NCBI GenBank assembly: GCA_963664325.2
Contig: CAXXDQ010000004.1
Span: forward strand, 544,001 to 608,000
Source: Desulfomonilia bacterium
GTDB taxonomy: Bacteria; Desulfobacterota; Desulfomonilia; UBA1062
Reading direction: 5' to 3'
Length of the DNA: 64,000 bases
Both the position numbers and the translations under genes were made by a program. The notes beneath the pieces were generated by a model. It did not search any database. It had not been told where the DNA came from and saw only the letters and a program-made list of their open reading frames with translations. Shown one piece after another: positions 10,094-20,396 of this stretch (within the stretch, counting starts at the first letter, position 1; every line of letters starts with the position of its first letter).

Positions 10094-11779
10094 ATGACAG
10101 AAGGCTCAGTAAAAATATTAAAATGGCTTGTTCTGTTTATAGTCCCCGTATTGATCTATATTGTTTCGCTCCCCGCAATACCTCTTATTGAGCCTGACGA
10201 GGGCCGTTACAGTCTGATTCCTCAGGAGATGAACCAGACGGGAGACTATGTCACCCCAAGGCTTAAGGGTGTTGATTATTTTGAAAAACCCGTTCTGGAT
10301 TACTGGGCAACAGCGGCTTCTTTCAAGATATTCGGGGAAAACGCATTCGCCTCCCGGCTTTTTGTGGCCCTTTGCGCCTGGGGCTGTATATTTCTTGCAT
10401 ACAGGATCGGCAGGCGTTTTCATGACGAGAAGACCGGGATTTTTGCAGCAGCCCTCTTGTCCACTTCAATTTATCATTTTGCAATGGGAAGGGCGCATGT
10501 TCTGGACATGCCCCTTACATTCTTTGTCTGCATGGGCATATGGTCATGCTACAGGTTTTTTTCCGGCGAACGCCGCAAAAGGATCTGGCTTTTCCTTGCA
10601 TACTTTTTTGCAGGTCTCGCCTTTTTGACAAAGGGACTCATCGGTATTGTATTCCCTTTCGCAATAGTTTTCTTCTGGCTTGTCTGCAGAAGGCGGTACA
10701 GGGATGTTTTCCGCCTTATCTCACCTGTGGGATTGATTATACTGCTGGCCTTGACAGCTCCGTGGCTTTATCTTGTGCAAAAAGCAAACCCGGATTTTTT
10801 CAATTTCTTTTTCATTCATGAGCACCTGCAGAGATTCACGACAAGAATTCATAACAGATATGAACCCTTCTGGTTTTTTATCCCAGTTCTGATAGGCGGG
10901 ATTATACCGTGGCTGGGCTATCTGCCGCAGGCCGTTAAAAATATGAGACCCAAACTTGGTTTTATTTACAAGAAAGACGAGACCGTCTTTCTGTTCACCT
11001 GGGCAGGGTTTATTTTTCTGTTCTTTTCCGTATCGTCATCAAAGCTTGTACCTTATATTGCGCCTGTTTTCATCCCGATCTCGGTAATGCTCGGGCACAT
11101 ATTCAGGCTCGGTGACGATGCAATAAAGCAAGGCAGCCATGTCCCGGCAAGCATAACCGCTTCATTGGCAGTCTGGCTGCAGTCGTCGGCCCTCGGGATC
11201 GGGATCCTGTTCCTGCCCCTTTTTGACAAGGGGAGCCTTATTACAATGTCAGGGTGGCTGCCGTATACCATAGTCCCTGTTATCATGCTTCTGTGTCTTA
11301 CTTTTGTCCCCAATATAGCCAAAAACAGGCTCCACTTCGGGTGGTTTTTCAGCATTTATCTTTTTACAGGGCTGTTCTTTCTTTCTCTGCTGTTGCCTGC
11401 GGCAAAATATGTCACACCATACAAATCAGCCTGGCCGATAGTGCAGGCCATCAGGCAGCATGTCCCTGAAGACAGCATTCCTGTCCAGTTCAAGATGAGC
11501 GAGTACGGTATAGACTTTTACACGAGGATGAAAACGCCGGTTGTAGACGATTACGGCGAGCTTGCTTACGGTGTCGCAAAACTTTCAAAAGAGGAAAAAA
11601 TAAGGCGATTCCCTTCAACCGCCGACTTCTTTGAGCAGTATAAAAAGTCCGGAGAAGAGTGGTGCGTGACAGACGACATTTACAAGGTAAAAATTCTGAA
11701 AGAGGTATCCCCTGCAGCGGAAGTCCTATGGCAGAACAGGGAGTTCTTTCTCGTACACATGAAAAGAGGTATGCCTTAA
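10094..11779 (+). CDS. ArnT/PMT-like GT-C glycosyltransferase
   Basis: DEGRY, YFEKP, LTKG and SSSKL.PYI motifs; multiple TM helices. Confidence 0.87.
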   Translation: MTEGSVKILKWLVLFIVPVLIYIVSLPAIPLIEPDEGRYSLIPQEMNQTGDYVTPRLKGVDYFEKPVLDYWATAASFKIFGENAFASRLFVALCAWGCIFLAYRIGRRFHDEKTGIFAAALLSTSIYHFAMGRAHVLDMPLTFFVCMGIWSCYRFFSGERRKRIWLFLAYFFAGLAFLTKGLIGIVFPFAIVFFWLVCRRRYRDVFRLISPVGLIILLALTAPWLYLVQKANPDFFNFFFIHEHLQRFTTRIHNRYEPFWFFIPVLIGGIIPWLGYLPQAVKNMRPKLGFIYKKDETVFLFTWAGFIFLFFSVSSSKLVPYIAPVFIPISVMLGHIFRLGDDAIKQGSHVPASITASLAVWLQSSALGIGILFLPLFDKGSLITMSGWLPYTIVPVIMLLCLTFVPNIAKNRLHFGWFFSIYLFTGLFFLSLLLPAAKYVTPYKSAWPIVQAIRQHVPEDSIPVQFKMSEYGIDFYTRMKTPVVDDYGELAYGVAKLSKEEKIRRFPSTADFFEQYKKSGEEWCVTDDIYKVKILKEVSPAAEVLWQNREFFLVHMKRGMP

Positions 11780-11856
11780 GCTGAAAACCCTGATATTGAA
11801 ACACCATCTTATGTGTGTTATGCCGCATGAAACCAAAGAGTTCTATGGAGACGCAA

Positions 11857-12690
11857 ATGGAAAAAGACTCGTTCACCGGAACAAAATCCTATGTCCTTGA
11901 CCCTGAACTAGCCCGGATTGTCAATGCATCAATCAAGCTCGAGATGCCGCTTCTCCTGAAAGGGGAACCCGGAACGGGCAAGACCCTGCTTGCATATGCC
12001 ATTGCTGAAAACCTGGGCATGCCGCTTATTATCCTCAATGTAAAATCAAGCATGAAGGCGGTCGAGGCGCTTTACCAGTATGATACTTTAACACGCCTGA
12101 ATGACAGCCGGTTCGGTGATTCAAAGCGGGATGTAAGCAATATAGAGAACTATATAAAGATGGGAAAGATCGGACAGTCCTTCACGTCGGACAGCCGTGT
12201 CGTCCTGCTTGTAGACGAGATCGACAAGGCGGATACCGACTTTCAGGACGACCTGCTTGATGTCCTTGACCAGATGAGTTTTGACATAATCGAGATCGAC
12301 AGGACGATTAAAGCAAAAAACCGGCCTATCATGATTATAACGTCGAACGCAAAAAAAGACCTGTCAGACCCGTTCCTCGGCCGCTGCATATTTCACCACA
12401 TCGCATTCCCGGATGCGGACATGATGAGGAAAATCGTGCTGGCCCACTTTCCTTCAATCGATAAGAAGATAAGCGAGGCATGCATAGAGGCCTTCTACAG
12501 GCTGAGAGAGATAAAAGGCGTTGAGAAAAAGCCTGCCACTCGGGAACTTATAAACTGGATACGCATACTGATTATGGATAAGGAATTTGATACGCAATAC
12601 CTTGCCAAAAGGGATGTCCCGTACCTGGGTGTCCTGTTTAAGAAAAGCGAGGACCTGAAACTGGCCCAGAGATATACGGGCGGCTACTAG
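11857..12690 (+). CDS. MoxR-family AAA+ ATPase
   Basis: GEPGTGKT, LVDEIDKAD and IITSN motifs; SD GGAG. Confidence 0.9.
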   Translation: MEKDSFTGTKSYVLDPELARIVNASIKLEMPLLLKGEPGTGKTLLAYAIAENLGMPLIILNVKSSMKAVEALYQYDTLTRLNDSRFGDSKRDVSNIENYIKMGKIGQSFTSDSRVVLLVDEIDKADTDFQDDLLDVLDQMSFDIIEIDRTIKAKNRPIMIITSNAKKDLSDPFLGRCIFHHIAFPDADMMRKIVLAHFPSIDKKISEACIEAFYRLREIKGVEKKPATRELINWIRILIMDKEFDTQYLAKRDVPYLGVLFKKSEDLKLAQRYTGGY

Positions 12691-12695
12691 AGAAA

Positions 12696-12816
12696 AATCA
12701 GGAGACAGGAGTCAGAATGAAAAACAGAGATAAAGAGTCAATAGCAGGGAGTCTGGAGAAAGAATATGGAGCGGTTCATAAAAGGCTCTATACTGTCTCC
12801 TGATTACTGTCTCCTG
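12696..12816. repeat. Intergenic heptamer-like/inverted repeat element
   Basis: AATCAGGAGACAG (12696-12708) is the reverse complement of CTGTCTCCTGATT (12793-12805); TACTGTCTCCTG occurs twice in tandem. Confidence 0.7.
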
Positions 12817-12824
12817 GATCCATT

Positions 12825-14015
12825 ATGTTTGCAGAATTCTTCTATACTCTCAGAGACCGCGGCATACCGGTGAGCCCGACAGGATTTTTGAGGCTTCAGG
12901 AGGCCCTTGACAAGGGGCTTATAGTGAACCTTGAAGACCTCTACTGCATCAGCCGTGCCGTGATGATCAAGAGCGAACGCTACTTCGATATGTATGACCG
13001 TGTGTTTGCCCATCACTTTAAAGGTGCGGAGCTGCCTGACAGTGCCATGGACGAGATAGAAAAGGCCATTGCCGCAATGCTCGAAGAGTGGCTGAAGGAC
13101 CCGGCCCAGATGGCGGATTTCCTGGGCATGAGCACTGAAGACGTCAAAAAGCTTTCACCCGAGGAACTGGAGGAATATTTCAGGAAACGCCTTGAGGACC
13201 AGAAGGAACGCCATGACGGCGGCAACCGCTGGATAGGCACCGGCGGTACATCGCCGGTAGGCCATTCAGGGTTTCATCCCGGCGGTATGCGTGTGGGCGG
13301 GGCCTCGCGAAACCAGTCGGCGGTCAAGGTTGCGCTGGAGAGACGGTACCGCGATTATACACAGGACCAGCGGCTCGGGCCTGCGCAGATTTCGGATGCC
13401 CTGAAGCGTCTCAGGCATATGGTGCCTGCGGGACCGAAAGACAGTCTTAACATAGAAAAAACCATTGTTGAGACCATGAAAAACGCGGGGGAAATAGAGA
13501 TCGTCTTTGACCGCAGGCTCAAGGACAAGCTCAAGATTGTTCTAATGATTGACAACGGCGGGTATTCCATGGACCCGTATGTAAACGTGGTGCAGGTCCT
13601 GTTCAACCATGCCAGGTCCCAGTTCAAGGATGTGAAATTTTATTTCTTCCACAATACCGTATATTCGCTTGTGTGGTCGGATTCTCAGCGAATGAACAAA
13701 CCATTTGCAGTCGAGGAATTCGCCCGGCTGGACCCGGAGACCAGACTCATCATGGTCGGAGATGCATCAATGGCGCCTTACGAGCTATACAGCCGCTACG
13801 GCAGCATCTATTACGGATCACAGATGCAGCGCCCCAGCGTTGAAAGCCTCGTATTCCTTGCCAAGACCTTCAGACATAGTGTATGGCTTAACCCCAAGCA
13901 TGAATACACCTGGCCCGGCACAGAGACCATAATGGCGATATCCGAGATATTCCCCATGTATGAGCTGACACTCAACGGTCTCGACGATGCAATCGGCCGC
14001 CTGATGAAGAAATAA
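12825..14015 (+). CDS. VWA-domain (CoxE-like) partner of MoxR
   Basis: GGNRWIGTGGTSP, DNGGYSM, VGDASMAPYEL and WLNP motifs. Confidence 0.87.
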   Translation: MFAEFFYTLRDRGIPVSPTGFLRLQEALDKGLIVNLEDLYCISRAVMIKSERYFDMYDRVFAHHFKGAELPDSAMDEIEKAIAAMLEEWLKDPAQMADFLGMSTEDVKKLSPEELEEYFRKRLEDQKERHDGGNRWIGTGGTSPVGHSGFHPGGMRVGGASRNQSAVKVALERRYRDYTQDQRLGPAQISDALKRLRHMVPAGPKDSLNIEKTIVETMKNAGEIEIVFDRRLKDKLKIVLMIDNGGYSMDPYVNVVQVLFNHARSQFKDVKFYFFHNTVYSLVWSDSQRMNKPFAVEEFARLDPETRLIMVGDASMAPYELYSRYGSIYYGSQMQRPSVESLVFLAKTFRHSVWLNPKHEYTWPGTETIMAISEIFPMYELTLNGLDDAIGRLMKK

Positions 14016-14021
14016 ATTTTT

Positions 14022-14098
14022 GCGCTCGTAGCTCAGTTGGATAGAGCGTAGGCCTCCGGAGCCTAAGGTCGCAGGTTCGATCCCTGTCGAGCGCACCA
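14022..14098 (+). tRNA. tRNA-Arg(CCG)
   Basis: GCGCTCG/CGAGCGC acceptor stem, TAGGC-CTCCGGA-GCCTA anticodon arm, GTTCGA, encoded CCA. Confidence 0.96.
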
Positions 14099-14103
14099 GT
14101 TAT

Positions 14104-15225
14104 TTAATCCAGTGTTTTCCTGAACCTCATGGTGGCGCCCATGAAAAGAACGGCTCCAAGTATAGCCAGTGCTGCGAACTGCTCCCATAGAACAGTGAGC
14201 CCTACTCCTTTTAAGAAAACGCCGCGGATTATGACCAGGAAATACCTTAGAGGATTGAGATAAGTTATCCACTGGACGAAAACAGGCATGTTGTCTATCG
14301 GGAAAACAAAGCCCGAGAGCATGAAGAAAGGCAGTATCACAAAGAATGTCGTCATCATTGCCTGCTGTTGCGTGGAGCTTATCGTCGAGATGAAAAGCCC
14401 GACGCCGAGTGTGCTCAGGAGGAAAAGCAGGGCGGCTCCGAACAGCAGCAGGGCACTTCCGGCCATCGGCACCGAGAACCAGTATTTGGCGAAAAGCAGT
14501 ATGAATACCATCTGTACTAGCGCAATAATAATGTAGGGAACAGTCTTGCCTATGATGAATTCAGCAGGCCTTATCGGGGTGACTATGACCTGCTCCATGG
14601 TGCCAGCCTCCTTTTCCCTGATAACTGCAATCGACGTCAGAATAAGGCTCAACAGCATTATCAGGAACGCCACTATGCCGGGCACGAAGAAATTCCGTGA
14701 ATTGATGTTGGGATTGTACCACTGCCTGATGCGGGCGTCTATTTCACCATACTTCATGTCCATTGGATAGAGCTTCTTCATCATGAGGCGGTTGTACTCA
14801 TCCAGTATGGTCATCGTGTAGGAAATTCTTATAAATGCCATATTGCTAGTCGCGCCGTCTACTAGTATCTGGACGTCAGAGGTCTGCCCTTTCCTGATTT
14901 TGTCGCTCATGTCGGGAGCCAGTGAAATCCCCAGGTCCGCCTTCTTGTTCAATATCAGGCTGTCCAGCTCCAGGTCGGACTTCGGGTATGCGACCAGGTT
15001 GAAATAGCCGTTTCCCCTGAATGCGTCTATGAATTCACGGCTCTCAATTGTGTTGGCCTGGTCGAAGACGGCAACCCTGATATTTTTTATGTCAAAGTTC
15101 AGGACATAGCCGAATACAAGAATCTGCACCAGGGGCGCTATGATCAGGAGGGGCCTGTTCTTCTTGTCCCTGAAGAGTTCTATGAACTCTTTCCTTACGA
15201 GCTCCCTTATCCTGAGAAGGCTCAC
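14104..15225 (-). CDS. ABC-2 permease (YbhR-like)
   Basis: YNP...FFVPG, REKEAGTMEQ and LSGFVFPI motifs. Confidence 0.9.
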   Translation of the reverse strand: MSLLRIRELVRKEFIELFRDKKNRPLLIIAPLVQILVFGYVLNFDIKNIRVAVFDQANTIESREFIDAFRGNGYFNLVAYPKSDLELDSLILNKKADLGISLAPDMSDKIRKGQTSDVQILVDGATSNMAFIRISYTMTILDEYNRLMMKKLYPMDMKYGEIDARIRQWYNPNINSRNFFVPGIVAFLIMLLSLILTSIAVIREKEAGTMEQVIVTPIRPAEFIIGKTVPYIIIALVQMVFILLFAKYWFSVPMAGSALLLFGAALLFLLSTLGVGLFISTISSTQQQAMMTTFFVILPFFMLSGFVFPIDNMPVFVQWITYLNPLRYFLVIIRGVFLKGVGLTVLWEQFAALAILGAVLFMGATMRFRKTLD

Positions 15226-16355
15226 ATTCCCTCCTTCTTGAGCAGCAGGTAATTGATTGCAAAAAGAGCCACCGGAATGGCAGCGAGCACTGCATAATTT
15301 GGCCAGACAGCCGTGAATCCGGCATTCCTCATGTATATGTCACCGAGGATGCTGATATAATACCTTGCCGGGACTATATATGTGATGAGCTGCAGAACTT
15401 TGGGCATGTTTGATATGGGAAAGACAAAATTGGATAAGAGGAATGACGGAAGATAGGTAATCAGGATCGCCGTCTGGTTGGCTATCATCTGGTTCTTGAT
15501 AACGCTTGAGAGCAGAAGTCCGATCGAGAGTGCAACCATTATGTAGAGCCCGGAGGCGGACACCATTATCAGAAAGCTTTCCTTCATGACGACGTTGAAC
15601 AGTACCTGCCCCATTATTATAGCCACCATGACATCGGTCATGGCTATAAGAAAATAGGGTATCATCTTGCCCACAAGGAAATCAAACGCACCCAGCGGCA
15701 GTGATTTAAGGGTCTCCATCGTTCCGTTTTCGTATTCGCGCGCGATGACAAGCGAAGTTAGCAAAGCTCCCGCAATGATAATTATGACAGCCACGATTCC
15801 GGGGATGATAAAGTTCCTGCTGATGAGGTTTTCATTGAACCAGACCCTGATACGGCCGTCTACCGGCTGATTTATGGGCGTCATACCCTGTCGGTTGATG
15901 TAGTCCGTCAGCAGGTCCCTGTTGTAAAGGCTAATAAATGCATTTACATAACCTTTACTGGTATTGGCAAAGTTGGGGTCGCTGGCGTCAAGAATCACCT
16001 GAATCGAAGCGGGCCTGTCGGCGTCAAGATTTTTAGTGAAGCCCGGAGGTATGATGAATGCGAGTGAGGTCTCCTCGTGGTCAAGGTATCTGTCGACCGC
16101 ATCAACGCTTTCCTCCTGCGCCACGATCTTGAAATACCTTGATGATTTTATATGCCTGATAAAGTCTCTGCTTTCATTAGTCCTGTCCTGATCTACAATA
16201 ACGGTTTTAATATACTCGACGTCTAGGCTGAGTGCGTATCCAAACAAAAGAATCAGTGAAAGAGGGATGGCAAACGCCAGAATGAGGCTGCGCCAGTCCC
16301 TGACAAGGTGATAGAACTCCTTTCCTGCGACCGCCCTTATCTTGACGAAACTCAT
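15222..16355 (-). CDS. ABC-2 permease (YbhS-like)
   Basis: FGYALSLD, REYENGTME motifs. Confidence 0.9.
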   Translation of the reverse strand: MSFVKIRAVAGKEFYHLVRDWRSLILAFAIPLSLILLFGYALSLDVEYIKTVIVDQDRTNESRDFIRHIKSSRYFKIVAQEESVDAVDRYLDHEETSLAFIIPPGFTKNLDADRPASIQVILDASDPNFANTSKGYVNAFISLYNRDLLTDYINRQGMTPINQPVDGRIRVWFNENLISRNFIIPGIVAVIIIIAGALLTSLVIAREYENGTMETLKSLPLGAFDFLVGKMIPYFLIAMTDVMVAIIMGQVLFNVVMKESFLIMVSASGLYIMVALSIGLLLSSVIKNQMIANQTAILITYLPSFLLSNFVFPISNMPKVLQLITYIVPARYYISILGDIYMRNAGFTAVWPNYAVLAAIPVALFAINYLLLKKEGM

Positions 16356-17122
16356 GACGACTTCTCCGACATCAGCTTAATGAATGCATCGTTTAGAGTG
16401 GCCTTATCCTGGTCCGGGCAGACCTGGCTTACGATTTTTTCAGGTGATCCTTCAGCAACTATGACACCCAGGTTTATCATGGCTATCCGCTCGCAGTGAA
16501 CCGCCTCGTCCATGTAATGGGTGGTCACGAAAACCGTTATTCCCCGTGAGGAAAGGTGGCCGATAAACTCCCAGAAATGCCTTCTGGTGACGGGATCCAC
16601 ACCTGAAGTCGGCTCATCCAGAAATATTATACCCGGCTGGTGCAGCATGGCGCAGCCCAGTGCAAGCCTCTGCTTCCAGCCCTGCGGCAGTTCCTTTGTC
16701 AGGCGGTTCTTGACATCCGTTATCCTTGCGGTTTCAAGCACCCATTCCGTGCGTTCCTTCCAGAGCTTTTCCGGCACATCGTAAACACCGAGGTAAAACC
16801 GGATATTCTCAAATGGCGTTAGGTTCTCGTAAAGGGAGAACTTCTGCGACATATAGCCGATGGAGCGCTTCACATCCTCAGGCTGCTTCACGAAATCGTA
16901 TCCCGCAACCTTCCCGCCGCCTGAAGTGGGGTTGAGTATCCCGCACAGCATCCTTATAGTCGTGGATTTGCCTGAGCCGTTCGAACCAAGAAAACCGAAT
17001 ATCTCTCCCCTTCCGACTGTAAAGCTGATACTGTCAACGGCTGTGAAGTCGCCGAAACGCTTGGTCAGTTTTTCAACCGTGATGACGTTATCGCTTGAAA
17101 GTGTCACTCTTAAGCTCCTCAT
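16352..17122 (-). CDS. ABC transporter ATP-binding protein
   Basis: GSNGSGKST, LDEPTSGVDP, TTHYMDEA. Confidence 0.92.
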   Translation of the reverse strand: MRSLRVTLSSDNVITVEKLTKRFGDFTAVDSISFTVGRGEIFGFLGSNGSGKSTTIRMLCGILNPTSGGGKVAGYDFVKQPEDVKRSIGYMSQKFSLYENLTPFENIRFYLGVYDVPEKLWKERTEWVLETARITDVKNRLTKELPQGWKQRLALGCAMLHQPGIIFLDEPTSGVDPVTRRHFWEFIGHLSSRGITVFVTTHYMDEAVHCERIAMINLGVIVAEGSPEKIVSQVCPDQDKATLNDAFIKLMSEKSS

Positions 17123-17843
17123 CGGCTGCGCTCAAGATGTCTATCATCGCGTCTTCGAGGTTTTTGTGGCCAAGGCTTATCTCATCGGGCGAGCCGGTCC
17201 GGATTACTTTCGACTTGTGCATGAGGGCCACGCTCACGCAAAGCTCTCCCTCATCAAGGTATGCGGTCGAAACCATGATGGTCTTGCCCTCGGCCTTCAT
17301 ATTAAGAAGGATGTCCCAGAATTCTTTTCGCGAAACAGGGTCAACGCCGTTAGTCGGCTCATCAAGTATCAGCACATCCGGTTCATGGACAAGAACACAG
17401 GCCAGGCCGAGCTTCTGTTTCATACCACCCGAAAGCTTTCCTGCAGGCCGCTTCAGGTAGGGGAGCAGGTTTGAAAAGCCAAGGTATTTCTCCATCCTGA
17501 TCTTTCTCTCAGCGCCCCTGATGCCGAAGATATCCATGAAAAAACTCATGTTCTCCTCGACCGTCAAATCCTGGTAAAGACCGAAACGCTGGGGCATATA
17601 ACCTATGATGTTCTTGATTTTCCTGCCTTGGCTGACAACGTCTATTCCGGCAATTTTCATTTTCCCTGAAGCCGGTTTCATCATGGTCGCAAGAAGCCTC
17701 AAGAGCGTTGACTTCCCGGCGCCATCCGAACCTATAAGGCCGAAAATATCCCCCTTGCCGATAAACAGGCTAACACCATCAAGCGCCTTTACCGCACCGA
17801 AGTTCATGCTGACGTTTTCAACGGATATGTAAGCTTCACTCAC
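17088..17843 (-). CDS. ABC transporter ATP-binding protein
   Basis: GSDGAGKST, LSGGMKQK, LDEPTNGVDP. Confidence 0.92.
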   Translation of the reverse strand: MSEAYISVENVSMNFGAVKALDGVSLFIGKGDIFGLIGSDGAGKSTLLRLLATMMKPASGKMKIAGIDVVSQGRKIKNIIGYMPQRFGLYQDLTVEENMSFFMDIFGIRGAERKIRMEKYLGFSNLLPYLKRPAGKLSGGMKQKLGLACVLVHEPDVLILDEPTNGVDPVSRKEFWDILLNMKAEGKTIMVSTAYLDEGELCVSVALMHKSKVIRTGSPDEISLGHKNLEDAMIDILSAADEELKSDTFKR

Positions 17844-17864
17844 TTTAATTTCCTCAGTGTGGAT

Positions 17865-18014
17865 TTAAAAACTCGACCTTTCTTCTTCCCCTTCTGTCCG
17901 GAAAATGGTTATATAATTTTCTTCGACCCGCAGCAGCCGTGAATTGAAGAAAACAGGTTGCCTTTTTCCCCTTGCAGGGGAATAGGCGTAAGTGACGGGT
18001 AGAGGCTTTTTCAT
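17865..18014 (-). CDS. Small hypothetical protein (49 aa)
   Basis: Manually read ORF MKKPLPVTYAYSPARGKRQPVFF... fills the gap inside the operon. Confidence 0.35.
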   Translation of the reverse strand: MKKPLPVTYAYSPARGKRQPVFFNSRLLRVEENYITIFRTEGEEERSSF

Positions 18015-18030
18015 ATCTTATCCGGTTTGT

Positions 18031-19041
18031 TCATTTCAACCAGGCATCCGCCGGAAGACCTGGTTTGAGGGACGTATCCGGATTTGGGATGTCTATCTTT
18101 ACCAGGTAGACGTATTTCACCCTTTCTTCTTTTGTCTGGATAATCTTCGGCGTGAATTCAGCCGTCTGTGAAATATAAGACACCTTGCCTTCATAGACCC
18201 TGCCCGGCTGGGAATCGACTTTAACTTCCGCTCTCTGGCCCTGTTTGACTTTCGCGATGTCGGTTTCTCTGACGAAAATTTTAAGCTGGACCTTTTTCAA
18301 GTCGGCCATGGACAAGACTTCCCTCGTTTGAGTGATCACCTCGCCGGGCTCCATGCTGCGGCTCAGGATCACACCGTCAAAGGGGGCGATCAGTTTTGTA
18401 TATCCAAGTCGGATTTTTGCTTCATCAAGCTGCGATACCGCAAGATCAAGCTGGGCTTCCGCCTGTTCCATGTCTTTTTTTGTCGCCTCTATCTTGCCCA
18501 GATTGCTTTTTGAAGCAACGAGTGCCGCCTGCGCCTGGTTCATTCTGGAACGGGCATTGTCAGTTGCCAGCTTTACATCATCCCGCTCCTTTTGGGTTAC
18601 GACACCCCTGCTGTACAGTTCCTCATACCTTTTATCGTTGATCTTCGTATTTTCGTAAGTCTGGGTCGCAATCTTCAGGGCGGCTTCCGCCTGCCGGACG
18701 TCTTCGGGAAGGGATTTGTCATATATGCCGAGGACAACTTTGAGCTGCTGCACCGCCTTGCTCGAACGGTCGACATTCGATATGGCCTGCATCACCCTGG
18801 AGTCATATTCCGACGGCTCGAGTTCGGCTATGACATCACCTGCCTTCACGCTCTGTCCCTCGTCAAAAAATATGTTTACTATCCGTCCGGGGGTCTGGAA
18901 TGAAAGATTTGACTCGTGGGCATCTATGGTCCCGGAATACCACATTTCTCCGGTCGAGTTCATGATCTGCGTGCGGTATACAAGAACGCCTGCTATAATG
19001 ATCAGGACAATGAATAAAGCCAGGATTGCAAACCTTTTCAT
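18031..19041 (-). CDS. HlyD-family membrane fusion protein
   Basis: N-terminal TM, lipoyl-like motifs, APFDG, AEFTPK, LKPGLPAD. Confidence 0.9.
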   Translation of the reverse strand: MKRFAILALFIVLIIIAGVLVYRTQIMNSTGEMWYSGTIDAHESNLSFQTPGRIVNIFFDEGQSVKAGDVIAELEPSEYDSRVMQAISNVDRSSKAVQQLKVVLGIYDKSLPEDVRQAEAALKIATQTYENTKINDKRYEELYSRGVVTQKERDDVKLATDNARSRMNQAQAALVASKSNLGKIEATKKDMEQAEAQLDLAVSQLDEAKIRLGYTKLIAPFDGVILSRSMEPGEVITQTREVLSMADLKKVQLKIFVRETDIAKVKQGQRAEVKVDSQPGRVYEGKVSYISQTAEFTPKIIQTKEERVKYVYLVKIDIPNPDTSLKPGLPADAWLK

Positions 19042-20396
19042 TTTACACCTCCGGTTGTTAAAGAAGATGAATCGATCTTTACGCCCATCGCCCTTTCAAG
19101 TCTGGCAAGGGCGATCGCATTGTCACCGAGTGCAGCTGCATAATCAGACCTGGCGCGCGTCAGCAGCGCCTCGGCATCAAGGACTTCTGTTCCGGTGCCG
19201 AGCCTTTCGCGGTATCGCTCGGAACTAACACGGTAGTTTTCCTCAGCCCTTGTTATCGCAGTGAAGGAGACTTCAACCTGTTTTGATGAATCTTCAAGGT
19301 CAAGCCAGGCCTTCTTTGTTTCGAGGCGGACCATGTCTTCAATCTGAGCAACGGCGATATCTGATTGAGTGAGTCTGGCTTTTGAGGCGTCAACCCTGCT
19401 TTTCGTTTTGCCCCATTCCCAGAAATTCCAGGTGGCGGCTGCCGATATGTACCATGAATCTCTGTCCTTATAATCGCTGCCGTTCATACTCAAGTCACCG
19501 CCTGCGCGTTCTGCATGTCCAAACGCATTGATACTTGGAAGGTATTCCGATTTTGCAACTTTCAGTATGCTTTCAGACTGTTCCTTCCTGTATCTGGCGG
19601 ACAGCACTTCAGGCCTGGAATCAAGGGCCCGGTTTATACAAGGCTCGAGCTGTTCGTTGAATTTGAACAGGCAAAGATTGTCAGCCAGCATCACCTTTTC
19701 GTTTATATCCCTTCTCAGAAGAATGTTAAATTGGGATTCGGCCATTTTGAGATTATTCTCGGCGGTCAATAGTGAGCGCTGACCCGAGGCCAGCTCTACT
19801 TCTGCCCTGAGCAGATCATTGAGAGGGGCAATCTTAACGTCGTAAAAAGCCTGTGCGGTTTTCATATGGGCCTCAAGCATATCAACATAACTCTTGGCGG
19901 CGTCCCTCATCCTGGCTGCCTTCAACACATTGTAATAGGCTGTCTTCGTCTGCTCGATCACATCGTTTATCTGGGATGTCCTTTCATGGGAGGCCACATC
20001 TTGGCCGGTCTTTGAGGCCTTATAGCTGTAATATATGGCGCCGCCTGTGAATATCGGCTGCTTTGCATCAAGACCCAGAGCATAGTTGTCCCTTGTTCCT
20101 ATTGTAATGATCGAAGGGGGGAGCAGGGGTCCCATTCCGGGGAAAACCATCGTAGGTTCCGCATTCAACCGCGTAATGCCATAGGTCATGCTGAGGCCCG
20201 GCAGAAAGGCCGCCCGGGATTCCCCAATTCTGGCCTTTGCAATGGCGAGATTCTCATCCGACTGCTTTATACCGAGATTCTGTTGAAGGGCTATATTTAT
20301 GCTTTGATCAAGGGTCATGTTTTCAGCATGAAGAAGGGGCGGCATTATCAGACATGATAATACCGCGGCGCCAATTATAAACACCAGTCTGTTCAT
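19038..20396 (-). CDS. TolC-family outer membrane efflux protein
   Basis: Signal peptide, two OEP repeats (LPGLS/QPIFTGG, LPSIN), EVLDAE. Confidence 0.9.
   Translation of the reverse strand: MNRLVFIIGAAVLSCLIMPPLLHAENMTLDQSINIALQQNLGIKQSDENLAIAKARIGESRAAFLPGLSMTYGITRLNAEPTMVFPGMGPLLPPSIITIGTRDNYALGLDAKQPIFTGGAIYYSYKASKTGQDVASHERTSQINDVIEQTKTAYYNVLKAARMRDAAKSYVDMLEAHMKTAQAFYDVKIAPLNDLLRAEVELASGQRSLLTAENNLKMAESQFNILLRRDINEKVMLADNLCLFKFNEQLEPCINRALDSRPEVLSARYRKEQSESILKVAKSEYLPSINAFGHAERAGGDLSMNGSDYKDRDSWYISAAATWNFWEWGKTKSRVDASKARLTQSDIAVAQIEDMVRLETKKAWLDLEDSSKQVEVSFTAITRAEENYRVSSERYRERLGTGTEVLDAEALLTRARSDYAAALGDNAIALARLERAMGVKIDSSSLTTGGVK

Noticed and set aside
12717-12824. Selenocysteine/readthrough extension of the VWA gene via the in-frame TGA at 12801
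   Set aside because: MFAEFFY is the expected family start, and I see no convincing SECIS-like hairpin after the TGA.
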